64,000 nucleotides of DNA from Octopus vulgaris (taxonomy: Eukaryota): positions 136,214,001-136,278,000 of the forward strand of contig OX597816.1 of assembly GCA_951406725.2 (NCBI GenBank), in the 5' to 3' direction. Below, piece after piece: positions 26,353 through 40,640 of the stretch (positions are counted from its first letter, which is position 1; each line of letters opens with the position of its first letter). Made by a program: the position numbers and the translations under genes. A model generated the notes under the pieces. It was not told the DNA's origin. It worked only from the letters and a program-made list of their open reading frames with translations, and made no database searches.

Positions 26353-26655
26353 CTTTATCACACGCTTTGGAACAGCCACGACGTAAAATAAAGCGCTAAT
26401 CATTATTCTATGGACACGGATGTGTCTCTCGAGGCCTGCTGGTGCCTTGCAAACATTTTAGCAAATTGAACAAGTTGAAGACTCAGTTTGCTTGAGTGCT
26501 TGTGAATCATTCACTATGTATTTTCTTGAGTGGACGGCAAGGCCTGATTTGTTTCGTGCTACAAAACCACAGTGACAGGTAAAGTTTCTATTTAGATGAG
26601 CAACTTTTTGCCAGCGTACCTTCATGCTTGCACGAAGTTGGTCCCGATGCTGGAA

Positions 26656-28200
26656 TCAACTTTGCTCAAATCTTTGAACTGAGGCAAAGTAGCACTGACA
26701 CCAAGTCTTCCGTTCTGACGCTTTGTTTTCCCAGGAGCTGGCCGTGGGGAAGCATGTAGTAGAGAGATCAAGAACTACCTTGAGGTATTGACCCTGAGAT
26801 TTGTTAATTGAAATATTAAAACTTAGTTTGACTGGAAACTGAAGCGTCTTAAATTCAAATGGAACATCTGTAGGTGGTAGAGGAATTTTTGGAATAAAGA
26901 CATTTTCTCCTTTTTGACTACCTGTTATAATTGTTGCCTCTAAGATATGGAGCCTCATAGAAATAACAGTTAAGTGAGTTCCATTACACAGGTGAGATGG
27001 TGCAAGATTCCTAAGCAATATCATGGGAGCACTCAGTTTTAGCATCAAGTTATGCGATGGCATCCCAGTGGGTTTAAGTGTGTTCAGAAATTCAACAGGT
27101 TATTGAACAACCTGATCTTGATCGACTGTTGTCAATTGATTGAAAAGTCATTTCTGATGTATCTCTTAACTTTTGAAGAAGTTCATGATTGAGTTTATTA
27201 ACCATTTCATTAGTTGGAGCCGGTATAACTCTTTCACATAGCCAGTTTACATCAGTGTAATTGACAGGTAAATTAGGAAATACTTTATCTATAAGATCCC
27301 CCAGAGAAAGTGTCATTTGAGCGAATATAATTTCATCCAGCTAAAGTCTTGAGATTAATGTTAATATCCTATTACCAATCTTAAGAAGATGTTGCATGTA
27401 AAATGAAGTTTTTTCACATGTCTCCAAAGTTACGGTTTTTGTAAGCATGCATTGATCTCTCTCATTACAAGCTTTAGATGGAGCTTGAACATGGAATGAA
27501 CAGTTCTTCCGCCATTGAGAAGGGTAGCTGCAATACCAGAAGATACAACCCTGGAAGAAGGTTAGATTTCATTTCCTCCCATTTAAGATTGCAGGTGAAA
27601 GTGACAAAAAGATCTGGTTTTCCAAATGTCCTGACATATATCGTAGCATCTTGTGTTTCTTCGTGCATATATCGAGGACTACTTGTGAATGATGATGGGA
27701 GGATTATAAGTTGCCCCATGTTTTGAATATCACCATCTGTCCCCAGAGCATATTGGAGATGGACATAATTTTTAGTCCTTAACTTTTTTTGATTGTCACG
27801 AATGTAGAGGAGATGCAGATTCTCAAATTTACCATATATATCAACTAGGTATCGATGAAATAGATCACGATATATGTGTAATTGATTTGATTGTCCTAGT
27901 CTTAACATCAGTTGGTAAGAATAGAAGCCATTTGACGACACCTTTTTGTTTTTAATTGGCTCTCCTATTGCAGGTTCAGTCTGTGAAATATTAAAATGAT
28001 ACCCATCTTGTCCATTCCACAAAATAAGAGAATACTGGAGAGAGTGGGATTAGTCTCTGAAATATGTTTAAGGTTGTTTTCTCGAGCACGAATGAGAATA
28101 TTACAATTTTCATGGGGACCACCTACCATAACGATGGCTACTTTATTAGATGTGGGCTCATTAAAACGGCTAAAATTTCCTTTACTACAGTCTACTATAG
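26656..28200 (-). pseudogene. Helitron Rep/Pif1-helicase remnant, internally deleted and frameshifted
   Basis: Rep-region motifs ILPSSFTSSPRYM and GKPDLFVTFTCN (27474-28022); Pif1 C-terminal motifs LLRNL..LCNGT, QFPVKLSF.ISINKSQGQ (26656-27063). Confidence 0.92.
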
Positions 28201-28709
28201 ACGTAACGAACGCAGAAACATACACACACTCACACACACACTCACAAGCACATACACACTCATAAACATATATATATATCATTGCTATTATGCAAAAGTG
28301 TCGCAAGTCCGAAACGTTGCTTTTTCAGAAAAGGGAAAAATAGCTTCACCATTCCATTTCTATTTACATTAGCAACAGTTTCAGCTTAAACAATAACACT
28401 TTGTTGGGTGCATAAAATCGTAACTCCTTGCATGTATGACATTTTCAGTCGGAAATATTTTTGCAAAACTGTCGTATGTGGAGCTTACTATACTTTTGAA
28501 AAATTCTAAACCGTTGTACTACACTTTGACAATTTTCATTTGGAGCAGCTGGAGATACGTTAGCTTGATCAAAAGAACTGGCAATTGTAAGCAAAATTTG
28601 GCCAAATTTTGACATACGACAGATGTGCGTGTGTGTAATTGTCTGTGGCCTAACGTATAAAAATGATCGCTCATACAGTCGCACACACATACAGTCTGAC
28701 ATACACTCA

Positions 28710-29576
28710 CATACACATACTAAGACAGACACAGAGGGACATACACCCCAGGTGTGTTTTTGTCTCTTTGTGTGTGTGTGTGTGTGTGTGTGTGTTCCTC
28801 TCTCTTTAGATATGTGTGAGTGTGTGTGTGTAAGGGTGTCAGTCGTCATAAAAATGTATGTATAGTCACACACACATACACCGTCACATACACACACATA
28901 TATACTTCTCAGTCATCGACCTCAAGTACGTAACGAACGAGCAAACACACACACACTCACAGATATACTCATATAGAAAATGTGACGTCGTCGTAGTCGC
29001 GGTCGTGATATAAAATGTCGTTTACGATAGTTGACTTATAGAAAGATTAAAATGTTAAATTTTTATAATGCAAATATGTAAATGAAAATAAAGTTTATTT
29101 GGTAACCGAAAGATTACTGACTATTTTGATACCCCATACGTCACATACATATACTAAGACAAACACAAAGAGACATACATTCACGTATACCTCAGGCGCT
29201 TCTCTGTCCCTCTATGTGTGTATTCGTGTGTGTCTCTTTAGATGTGTGTGTGTTAGTCGTCACAAAAATGTATGTATATTCACACGCACATAAATCGTCA
29301 CATACAGTCACATATACTTCTCAGTCATCGGCCTAAAGTACGTAACTAACTCGCAAACACACACACACAAACGCACACACACACACACTCACAGACACAC
29401 ACACACTCATATAGAACATGTGACGTGGTGGTGGAGGTGGAGGTATAAAAATGTCGTTTACGATAGATGACTTATAAAAAGATTATGTTAAATGTTTGCA
29501 ATGCAAATATGTAAATCAAAATAAAGTTTATTTGGTAACCAAAAAATTACTGAATCTTTTTATACTCCATACGTCA
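28710..29576. repeat. Two tandem ~430-bp units next to the Helitron remnant
   Basis: 28710-29142 and 29143-29576 align throughout (CATACTAAGAC..., TACTTCTCAGTCATCG, AAATGTCGTTTACGATAG, ..CCATACGTCA). Confidence 0.85.
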
Positions 29577-29663
29577 AAATGGGTCACTAAGTTTTCGAAT
29601 GCACAAGGAACATATGCGTGCACACACACACACACACACACACATACACACACACATACACAG

Positions 29664-30058
29664 AGGAGTGGCTGTTTGGTAAGTAGCTTGCTTACCAACC
29701 ACATTGTTCCGGATTCAGTCCCACGGCGTGGCACCTTGGGCAAGTATCTTCTACTATAGCCTCGGACTGATGAAAGCCTTGTGAGCGGATTTGGCAGATG
29801 GAAAGAAGCCCGTCGTATATATGTATATACATATACATACACTCATATATGTATGTATATGTTTGTGTGTCTGTGTTTGTCCCCACCACCATCGCTTGAA
29901 AACCGATGTTGGTGTGTATACGTCCCCGTAACTTAGCGGTTCGGCAAAAGTATCCATAGAATAAGTACTAGGCTTGCAAAGAATAAGTCCTGGAGTCGAT
30001 TTGTTCGACTAAAGGCAGTGCTGCAGCATGACTTCAATCAAATGACTGAAACAAAAAT
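29664..30058 (+). mobile_element. SINE family A, full-length
   Basis: Same head, CORE-like segment and tail as 25135-25514, opposite strand. Confidence 0.9.
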
Positions 30059-30970
30059 AACAGAATAGATAAAGAAATGCATCTTGACTAGTAATTTTAA
30101 TTTCGGGATTATATTTAACTTCATTGAAACGTACGAATTTTATAACGTATTTTATTTACTCTAGTTTTAATATTTAATTTCTTCGTCATTAAATGTTATT
30201 TTGGTATTCTTTAACTTGCTATAAAATAACTGTTTCTAATTTTGGTACAAAAGCAGCAATTCTATGGAAGGAGTACATTCGATCACATCGGGCTCAATAC
30301 AAGATTGGCATTGTATTTAATCGATCCCGAAGGGATGAGATTCAAAGTTGATCTCGAGGGGATTTGAAGTCAGAATGTAAAGAGATGGATCAAATACCCA
30401 AAGCGTTTTGTCGATTCTCAAAACCATAAAACCATAAAACCATTTTGCCAATCGATCGTGCTAGCTTTAAAATAATAACCTTAATTTCGTACGCACACAC
30501 ATTATTTGTGTGTGTGTGAGTGTGTGTGTGTGTGTGTGTATGTGCAAGTGGGTGCGTGTATACACACACATATAAAAATGTTTGTGTATGTATGCATGTA
30601 TGTACACATAGGAAATGAGTCAGAAAGAAGACAGCTTAAGAGGGTCAAACTTTAACAAATTAATTTAACTCCTCCCACTCTCAACGCAAAAGAATGAGCA
30701 AAAGGACAAGAAAATGTGGTTGGAAGGAAAAATAGGATTAGGGACCAGATGGGACTGTGGTTCTGTGGGGAGTAAGGAAAAGAGGAAGAAGCGTCTCAAC
30801 TTTCCTAGCTTTTGACCCAGTAGTACATCCAGTATGTGATTACTGAAGAAGAGAGTGGCACACATGCACTCGGTTGGAACTCATTTTCACCAGAGTTGAA
30901 TATACAAGATTTTGACAGTGAGCCGACCGTCCAAACCACTAGGCCACACGCCATCACTGTGTGTACGGGC

Positions 30971-31035
<65 letters not shown>

Positions 31036-31374
31036 TGTGCGTGTGTGTGTATAATCTAGGTAAAACCCTTATAGTTCGTTTTCCAAAGCTCATTTTCGGG
31101 TATCGGCTTTCAAATGCTGCTATAAAGTAGAACTACTGTCATTGGATATACATGTGGAAATCCATAAATATCCGTAGAGTGCATACACAAAATATTAAAT
31201 ACGTGAAAATGGATTGAACAGGCTTTATTACATATTACAACAATTGTTTCAACCCACCTTTTCAGTGCTGAATGTTACATACATTATTAACAACATTGCG
31301 TTAATATCACTCAGCAATAATCGTTGCAAGTAGCAACGAAATAGCCTTGACAAACGAAAACAAAACAAATGACT

Positions 31375-31486
31375 TACTATCGGTCTCTTTTTGCCGAACC
31401 GCTAAGTGACGGAGACGTAAATACACCAGCATCGGTTGTCAAGCGATGTTGGGGGGACAAACACAGACAGACAAACACACACACAC

Positions 31487-31541
<55 letters not shown>

Positions 31542-32966
31542 TATCTCTTATTATAAAAGGCAGATTTTATCTGCCTCCCTTTGGGAGTTATACAAATCTA
31601 CAATATAGGATTTCTTCAATTACAATTTACCTAGCATTTTTAAGAGTACAATGCATCGCGTCATGCCAGGTCCAGTTTTTAAAATTTAAACTCCAATTAA
31701 GCAAAATTTACAGAAAACTCACATTCTGGTGTGTGTGTCAAATGCTTTTCTTAGTCTGGTTTACACCACACGCAAACGCACACACACAGTGTGCGACGAA
31801 TAAAATGAAAGTAAATAGCGACAGAGTGATTTGAGGAAGACTAAAGTGAAAGTATTTAAACCACTACTCAAAAAATAAAAAAACACAGCAAACAGAAACA
31901 AATAAATACACAATTTCTTCAATTAGAGTTTACCTAAGATTTTTCAGAGTACTTCAGTGGGTGATGCCATAAAAAATTTCTTTCAATTTTACCACCAATT
32001 AAGACAAAATTCGAGAAAACTCAATATTTTAACATATCACTCCGAAAGCATTGATGTACATGTGTGCGTGCGTGAGTGTGTGTGTGTCATTCCTCACACA
32101 CACGCATACACATACATATACAACTACATACAAACACGTGTGTGTTTGTTATTAGTAAAAAAGGCGCCAAATCACAACTCACTTATCATTCCAATACATT
32201 TGCAAAGACACACGGACGGACAGAAAAGGTAAGTTGGTTTTTATTTTACTCATTTCCTATTGTGTTTTCAAAATTTGTAATTCTGACAAAAAATGGATAC
32301 GAATTTCATTATATCAAGCAGCGAGTCAGAATTCGAAGGATTTTCTACTGAAGACCTTCATAAATCTAACTCTATGACTGAAAAAAAAAGCATCTTTATA
32401 TAAGAGTGAAGTTGTGTGTCTGTCTCCTACGATTTAGATTCCTAACTACTCCCACATTTTGCGGTGCAGTTTAACCAAAAGCGGGTATCTTATAGTCGTG
32501 ATTCATATCGAGCCCTTCTGGGTATTAGCGTGCGTCTACGATGAGTCTCCGATTTAAAAAAAATTTACCATCATATTTTTCCATTTTAATGCATTTTTTT
32601 CGCTTTTATATAAGGGAAGTAACTCTCTAAAAATATCTACGATGTGTCAACGATTTAAAAAAAATTTACCTTAATTTTTTTTCAATTTTTAATGCATTTT
32701 TTTGCTATTTTTTGGCTATAACTCTCTAAAAATGCTTATATAGTTATTTCCCTTACAATCCGAGCAACGCCGGGCGATAATGCTAGTATATATATATATA
32801 GGACGAGCTTCTTTTCAGTTTCCGTCTACCAAATCCACTCACAAGGCTTTGGTCGGCCCGAGGCTATAGTAGAAGACACTTGCCCATGGTGCCACGCAGT
32901 GGGACTGAACCCAGAACCATGTGGTTGGTAAGCAAGCTACTTACCATACAGCCAATCCTGCGCCTA
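31375..32966 (-). mobile_element. SINE family A split by a Helitron insertion
   Basis: 3' half at 31375-31470 and 5' half at 32800-32966, on either side of the insertion. Confidence 0.85.
31544..32786 (+). mobile_element. Non-autonomous Helitron (second 5' end at 32393)
   Basis: A|TC start, terminal hairpin CCGAGCAACGCCGGG and CTAG|T end, no TSD, inserted between A and T. Confidence 0.8.
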
Positions 32967-32969
32967 TAT

Positions 32970-33749
32970 ATGTACATAATGTATGTATATATGCATATAT
33001 TTATATATTATTTATATTATTATATGATCGAACGCAACGCATCATTTTCCAAGTAAGTTTTATCTTAATAATTATGATGCGCACTCTTCTCCTTTACTAT
33101 TTCTTTTCTGTCTATCTCTCTCCCTCTCTTGTTCTTCATCCTTTCTGGTTTTCTTTCCCACCCTTCCCTATTCTTCTCTTCTCCCCTTCACCATTCCCTC
33201 TCTCTTCCTCCTCCTCCTCCTCCTCCACCTCGACTCTCGTCACTGACACGTGATCAGAGGGAAGACATCTTTCCAACTGCTATCTTCACCAAGACCTGAC
33301 CATCTTATCCTGTCTCTTTCATAAGCTGTCTCCTTAAGTGTTCACAATGATTTTTTCATCGTCTTGACTTAACAACCCTCATCGTTTGTTTTTACTGTTT
33401 TGTTCTCATTGTTCTGTCCTTTACTGTTTTTACTTTATTATTGTTTTTACTGTTTTGTTCTTACTGTCCTGGTCTTGTTACCACTTTTACCCTCCGCAAA
33501 ATATCTCAAATTTTATTTAATTTGCTTTGCGGGAAGGACTGTTTCGAAACAGGGAGTAGTTGAAACAGAGACAACTGAAGAAGGGGAATATTCCTTGTGT
33601 TATATGTCTTGTACTCTGTTTTTTTCGTTGTTTGAAAAAAGGTTCGTTTCTATGTTTTTGTTTTTATGTTTTCGTTTCTCATTGTGTTCAACGTTTTTTT
33701 GATGTCCTGTACTCATATATGCATGTATATATACATATATATGTAGGTA

Positions 33750-33755
<6 letters not shown>
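32970..33755 (+). mobile_element. Dispersed repeat, probably a Penelope-like terminal repeat
   Basis: Homologous to 26046-26352 with permuted segment order. Confidence 0.5.
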
Positions 33756-33820
<65 letters not shown>

Positions 33821-34139
33821 ATGAACTATCCTGTTGTAGTTGATAGATGAATGTTCTACAATTTCCTGCTGAACAACCTGGCTTGCTTTTATGATTTGCT
33901 TATAGTGATACAATGATTGCGCCGTACCTTGTCTCACATCCTTCACCAAGTCGACATTGCCTGTACAGGTGCACGTTGAGCCATATGTTAGATATCGAAG
34001 TGGTGGCAGAACAACGCGAAATTAAGTGTTTTGTTTAAGGGCACAATGCACTGATCGATCCACGAATCGAACCGCAATCCAGCAATTATGAGTGCAACCT
34101 CCTATCCACAAGACCAGGTGCTCCCACAGAACACACACA

Positions 34140-34928
34140 ACCTGCGTTTCAGAAGTTTTTAGACTTATCCGATGAGACATAAGATGTACGAAACTCTAAT
34201 CGCCGTCAAAGTAGGATCCTCTGGCTTCAATGCACTTGTTGCTGCGCTCCAGCCACTCCGTGAAGGTGCCACAGAAGTCTTCCAAAGTGAAGGTGTCCTG
34301 GACTCTTGTCACAACTTTCTTAATTTTCTCCCTCATCTTCTGCTTCAGCTTGGGGAACGACCAAAAGTCTGAGGAGGGTGAGGGACAGCTTTGTTGCCCA
34401 TTTCTGCCGTGTAATTGTTTACCAGGACGGAACTGTGGACTAGTGCATTGTTCTGGTGCAAGTGCTCTGGCCTTTTGTGATGAAATCACTTCAAAGCTTC
34501 CACAAAATGCTTTTGTTGAGGGGACCCAGTGGATGAAGACGATGCTATTACTGCCAAAACAGAGGTTCATTATGAGCTTCCCGGTGAATTTGCTTTACCT
34601 GGTCTCTTGTGCCAGCGAAAGACATACTCGGTTCATACTAGTTAATCTGTAAGCAGTCTTTGGCATTTCACAAGTTTCTGTTGCGTTTTTGCCCAGTTTA
34701 ACACAAAACTTTATTGCATAGCAAGCTTCCAATGGTCCCGACTGCATTCTCTAGTCAGCTGTGCAAAGTAGTGTTTAGTAGGATGTATTCAAAGTGCTGC
34801 TTCAATCTCGAATAACAAATGTTGGCAGGGGCAACTTATTAGACGTACAGTAATAATATACATTACAATAATCTAGAACAGTTTCAACTGCTTCTCCTAA
34901 AAAAACGTCTCAAAACTTCTGGAATGCA
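34140..34928 (-). mobile_element. Degenerate mariner remnant
   Basis: DFWSFPKLK and W.ERSNKCIEARGSYFDGD C-terminal motifs; TIR-like ends near 34145 and 34920. Confidence 0.8.
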
Positions 34929-35112
34929 TCTTTATGTATGTATGTATGTATGTATGTATGTATGTATGTATGTATGTATGTATGTATGTATGTATGTATG
35001 TATATGCTGTATCTCTCTCTGTCTCTCTGTATATATATATATATATATATCCAAGTAGACTACACATTTTCGCTACTTTGTAGTTGGTGTTATATTGTAC
35101 GTACATACACAT

Positions 35113-35177
<65 letters not shown>

Positions 35178-35765
35178 CACACATCAGACAGTAACCTTTG
35201 ATGTGGTTAGTTTTTCTATGAAACCCTTGTAGTTATCATTTTCCCATTCCAGACATTATATCTACTTTGTCTCGGAATAAGGGCTGTAAAAGGCAATTGT
35301 ATTTGTTTAACAACGTACGTTTCTTAGTAGCGAAAATCTACCTTGATTGTTATTTTTACTTATATACATCCTATCGTTATAAGACCCTTAAGAATACATA
35401 TACTGGTCTCTCCACATGATTGCCAACATATGCATAAATAAGAGTACTCACCTTCATATGCCGGCAAACATACAAAGGTATACTTTAGAAATACTAATGT
35501 AAACCTACTTTTCCTTTTGTTATAAAAATACATATAAAAGATTTAATTTCATTTCACTACAGACTGCGATCTAGCCGAGTTAGACAATAGATCCTGTCGG
35601 CTCACGACAGCACTTCAACCAAATAATAACGCACCGACTGCGCTCTTTATATGTCTCAAACGATTCGGTGAAGTTAAAGCTGGATATTTCGTCTACATAT
35701 TTGTTTTATTATGGTATTATAGTGCGTTTGGTGAACAGCAGCGTCATTCGTTACATATTTGAGTA

Positions 35766-36576
35766 CTTCTTCGGGAATTCTCACCCACTTTCCTATAACT
35801 TTTGAACCAGTGATTAAAAAAAAAAATTTTTCAGATTCATATGTTTTCGATAGCGAAGATTATGATCTAGCAAAAAAAAAAAAAAAAGAAATTTTATTTC
35901 AATTACCCCCTCCCCCACCTATACTCACCCATTGTTTTTGTTTTGTTTACAGTTGACAAGACGTGCTTTCACGCACAAAATGACAGCTTCCGAATCTTGT
36001 TTCTGATTAAAAACTTTTATTGAAATTAATTTTTTTTTTTTTGCTAAATCGGGATCTTTTCGGTTTGAACGGCAGTTTTTTCTAGCGGTGTCATATGAAA
36101 TTGTCACACATAATTATGACCCTAGTATCGATCTATTGCATTTCAATCTATTTTAGGGTTAGGGTTAGAGTTAGGGGTGGTGGAAGGATATCTTTTTTTC
36201 TTCAGAAATGTAAACAAACCCAATCTGTTTCTTAAACGAGGGACATATTCATACGGCACAGAATGTTTTCACCTCAATAGACGGTCATTGATTGGTTGAA
36301 ATTGCAGAAATTGAAGAAAAAACAACAACAAATATCTTACAAACTATAGAATTTTCTCAATAAAGCCAAGAGAAAAAGATATTTTTATAAACACATTCTA
36401 CCAGTATACAAAGTTTAAAATTTTTTAGTTATCTAGAAATCATGTTAAAAACTGCCGTTCAAACCGAAAAGATCCCTAAATCGTAATCTCCGATATCGAA
36501 AATATGAATCTGAAAAAATTTTAAAAACAATTACTGGTTCAAAAGTTATAGGGTGGGTGGGGGAATTCCGAAGAAG
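35766..36576. mobile_element. MITE with ~105-bp TIRs, TA flanks
   Basis: CTTCTTCGGGAATTC..CCTATAACTTTTGAACCAGT.. is inverted at 36477-36576. Confidence 0.85.
36052..36475. mobile_element. Nested MITE (possibly Merlin-like) carrying TTAGGG repeats
   Basis: Perfect ~28-bp TIR GGATCTTTTCGGTTTGAACGGCAGTTTT; direct repeat CTAAATCG at 36044-36051 and 36476-36483. Confidence 0.85.
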
Positions 36577-36718
36577 TAGCCAGATTCGCAATAAACCAAA
36601 CAATATTTTTCTTACGGAATTTCTGGCGGCGCGAGTTAGGAAGGAATTGCCTGTGCAAACTGGGTAAAACAAATACTACAGTGTACGTTTATTCGAAAGC
36701 AACGTGTGTGTGTGTGTA

Positions 36719-36756
<38 letters not shown>

Positions 36757-37659
36757 TTCGAGACAAAACCACTATTTTGCAAAACAAACAACGAAAGACT
36801 TAATCAATACATAAAAATTTTAATATAAAATAAATAAACCGCCACTTTATGTATACATATATATATATATATGTACGACGGAGTGCTGAAAAGTTCCTGG
36901 CTTTAAGGGTATTATGAAAGGCTCGGCTGGAGGCCCAACCTAACGAGTTCTTTTACAGGGTTTAGAAAAAAATGAAGGACCGCTGCAATAAATGTTATAT
37001 TTGCATGCGCGCGCGTGTGTAGGATTGGTTTCCGTCTAGTGTCCGTAACCTAAATTCCATTCACAAGGAATTGGTCAGTCCGTAGCTATAATAGATGACA
37101 TTTGTTTAAAGTGCTGCACAGTTTGATCGACTACCAAATAAACATACTTGAATTGGAGGCATTCGTCAGTTTCACGAGACTATAGATCTTCGCCTGGAAA
37201 ATCTTGCTTTGGTCTAATGAGTAGAACAGCATCTATGTCTCGTACATGAATGAGGTATGGGAAATGGCGGGGTACAGGAACTCAAGCGGCATTGAAGATA
37301 ATGATGGATATATTGATGGATATATCGATGAGTAGGAGGTGAAAAAGCCTCGTTAGAGGGTTTGAAACCTCATCTTATTGAATTATTTGTAGTGGTTTAT
37401 AACCTCAGTTGTGTGTTTAAAAAAAAATGTTAAGTAAGAGGTTTTAGTGCCTCCTTTTTGTAAGAGGTTTGAAACCTCATATTGATTTTTTAAAAAAAAG
37501 AAAATATGTTTTCGAGAAAAATCCAATCGGCGGGTGTTGGGTTTCGTCTCTCATTTATTCATTTTATTTCATTTTCATTCATTAAGGTGTTTGTCCAGCC
37601 CACATCTACTCTGTATACTGCCTTTATGGCAAATAAAATGAAATAGAATAGAACAACCT

Positions 37660-38170
37660 CTGCTGTAACTCTAGAAACCCATATGTGGATGACTGTCCCG
37701 GTCGCAGAGATTACCCTTGAAGGCGCTGTATACTTGCCTACACCTGGTGTAGTTTTTCCTTTTACTTTTCTTCATCAGCAAATTTACTTTTCTTTACCAG
37801 CAAGCCTTAGTTTCTCGTCTTATTCTTTTAAACCTTTGTTTAATTACAGTCACCAGCGGAAGCAATCATCAGAGATATCCTCTCACATTTTAAAGTTCAT
37901 GTGAAGAAACTTCATGTAACACTCGCAGACAACTTTGAAACGAAGATGGGGGTCTATTACTGTGCTCACTTAATGGAATCCAGTTTACCATGCAGCAGAT
38001 ATTTTGGAATTTTCCCATTTGACAGGCAGTGTACATGGCTCAATCAAAGGAGGCATCATTGTTGCAGTAAAATGAGGAGGCTGAGTATTTGCGCGCCAAC
38101 AGGAGCTCAGTTTTGGTGACTACGTCAGTCTACTGGGTCATCAGAAATCGTTTCAGGCTGTGTAAGCGAG
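37660..38170 (-). mobile_element. RTE-clade LINE 3' fragment, highly degenerate
   Basis: Hand translation gives remnants of the RTE C-terminus (VTKTELL..A, .HVH.LSNGKIPKYLLHGKL, RP.LRFK.VC, terminal C..D.H). Confidence 0.7.
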
Positions 38171-38414
38171 CAGACGTTCCAGGTCCCACTGCAATAGAGC
38201 ATATACATATACACACAAAGTATGTATATATGTATGTCTGTATACAAGAGAAATAAGGATAGATATAATTTTAGTTCCTTACATGCACTTTTCTATTATG
38301 GTAGCTTGGGGCCCTGAGGTAGGTGTTCCAAGTGTATTTAAGTGCTCAACTACAGCCGGGTCATCAGGGAACACTTTGTCGTATGTTAAATGCACATTTC
38401 TGCTTCTTCGGGAA

Positions 38415-38475
<61 letters not shown>

Positions 38476-38476
<1 letters not shown>

Positions 38477-39485
38477 GAGGTGTCTATAAAGTCTCTTTAT
38501 AATTTCAAAAATTTATTACAAAGGCAATTGATGGGATATGTTTATCAGTTTTGTTCTATGGACTCAGTGGTTATCAAAGTTTTTAACCACATTGCATTTG
38601 TCTTCTTCAGGTACCCAATTGATGGAAAATGTTCTGTTAAATGAAACTCTAAAAAAAATGGCTACCCTTCAAGAAAAGGCACAATGTGCTTCGTGGTCTA
38701 TTGAAACAAAATCGGACACGCAAACCCAGCGAAACTGCAGGATTAATTAAGGAAGACATCTACCGTCACGTTCCTTACCCGAATTCGTTTTAGTGATGAG
38801 GCAACCTTTCATGTTTCAGGGAAACTGAACACATAATGTGAGGATCTGGAAATCAGAACACCCCCATGTGACTTAGGAACTTCACCGAGATAGACCAAGG
38901 GTGAATGCCTGGTGGGGGATGATGAGCAATCAAATCATTGGTCCATTTTTCTTTACAGAGAGATCAATTTCAGCAAATGTTTGCCATGACCTTTTGACTG
39001 AATACGTGGTATCACAACTTGATGACCTTCAGCCAACCATCATTTTCCAGCAGGATGTGCACTACCACATTGGGGATTGCATGTTCGTGGGTTCCTAAAT
39101 TAAACATTTTCAGGCAGGTGGATTCTCTGGCCACCTCGTTCCTCGGATAATACTCCCCTGGACTTTTTTCTATGGGGTCACGTTAAAGACATCGTGTATC
39201 GAACAAAGATATGGGACATCAGCGACCTGAAGTCATTGCCACCATTGGAAAGGCTATGCCATTGCCACCATTGATAAGGTTATGCTACAACCAACATGGC
39301 ATGACATTGATTACCGTCTTGATGTGCTTCGTGCAACTAATAGTGCTCATATAAAGATGTATTAAATGAGGCAAAACAAACTTCAATATCTTCACCTCAT
39401 TTTGTAACAATTTCCACAGATTCATCTATCTATTTGCTTTTGTAATATATTTTTGAAATTGTAAAGAGACTTTATGGACACTCTG
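38476..39485 (+). mobile_element. Internally deleted maT/DD37D-like transposon
   Basis: ~55-bp TIRs (GTGTCTATAAAGTCTCTTTA.. / ..TAAAGAGACTTTATGGACAC); MATLQEKAQC, FSDEATFH, FQQD, WPPRS.D.TPLDFFLWG. A lone TIR copy is at 41481-41508. Confidence 0.9.
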
Positions 39486-39526
39486 CATACACATACACAC
39501 ATACATACACACATGCGTGCATGTAG

Positions 39527-39567
<41 letters not shown>

Positions 39568-39927
39568 TGTGTGTGCGCGTGCGTGTGTGTAAATACTTAT
39601 GTTTGCTGAGACTGAATCTAATGAACTATAATCCTGTTTAAAAATAAGATTCTATTTTAATCCAATGCAACTTCTTAAATATATTAAGGTCAGATCAAAA
39701 ATCTACTTGACAGAATATTAACCACCTAGTATGTCACTTAGCGAATCTCTATGAAAATAGAGGACAGATGTAATACGAAAGCAGTTTACATGAAGGTCAC
39801 CTGGTTTCAAGTTTCATCTCACAAAACTTCTATTGATAATTCAATGAATTCCCCAATTTAGTCTCACGAACCACTGCTAATTTCTCAGGACTTGAAACAC
39901 GCACGCTCACGCATTCACACACGTAGG

Positions 39928-40027
<100 letters not shown>

Positions 40028-40196
40028 GTCTAGTAGTTAGCCTAACGTTGCAGCCAACATTGTCTGCCTATAGTTTATTTACAGCAAAAATATGAATCGA
40101 CAGAGAAATTGAACACACACAGATGTTTATACTATTCAACCTTATATCAGCTCCGATCAAGAAGACCTATAAGCCGAGAGTATTTCAGCTTTGACT

Positions 40197-40640
40197 ACCG
40201 TAAATCCTCGAGTATAATCCGCATTTTTTCCCCAAAAATTTAAAGGTCAAAATCCCTAGTGCGTACTATATAGGAGGTTAGAAAGGAAAAATATTTTCTG
40301 AGCAATGTTCGAGTCTCTATTTGCTGTCCGGCAATGTTTATTCAGACGCATTTTGTGATGTTTAACTTTAATTATTTTTAGTAGTGCGGCTCACCTCTCA
40401 AAAATGGTTGCCCATATCAGGGTAGAAGTTTCCTCATTGATTCGTCAGCCGTTTCTTTCGAGACATAGTCTTCAATTGATAAGCTTGATCTTGTTTGTGT
40501 CGTCTTCCAAACGAAATAATTCTATAAGAAAAGAGCATATTTTTTTGCCTAATTTTCTTGATTCAGAATTACTTAACATTCTTCGACGAATGAATAACTA
40601 TAAACTATCAACAGCTGTTTCATTGGTGACAACGTGGTTG
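40197..40640. mobile_element. pogo/Tc2-like transposon end fragment
   Basis: TA|CCGTAAATCCTCGAGTATAA terminus, typical of this group. Confidence 0.5.
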
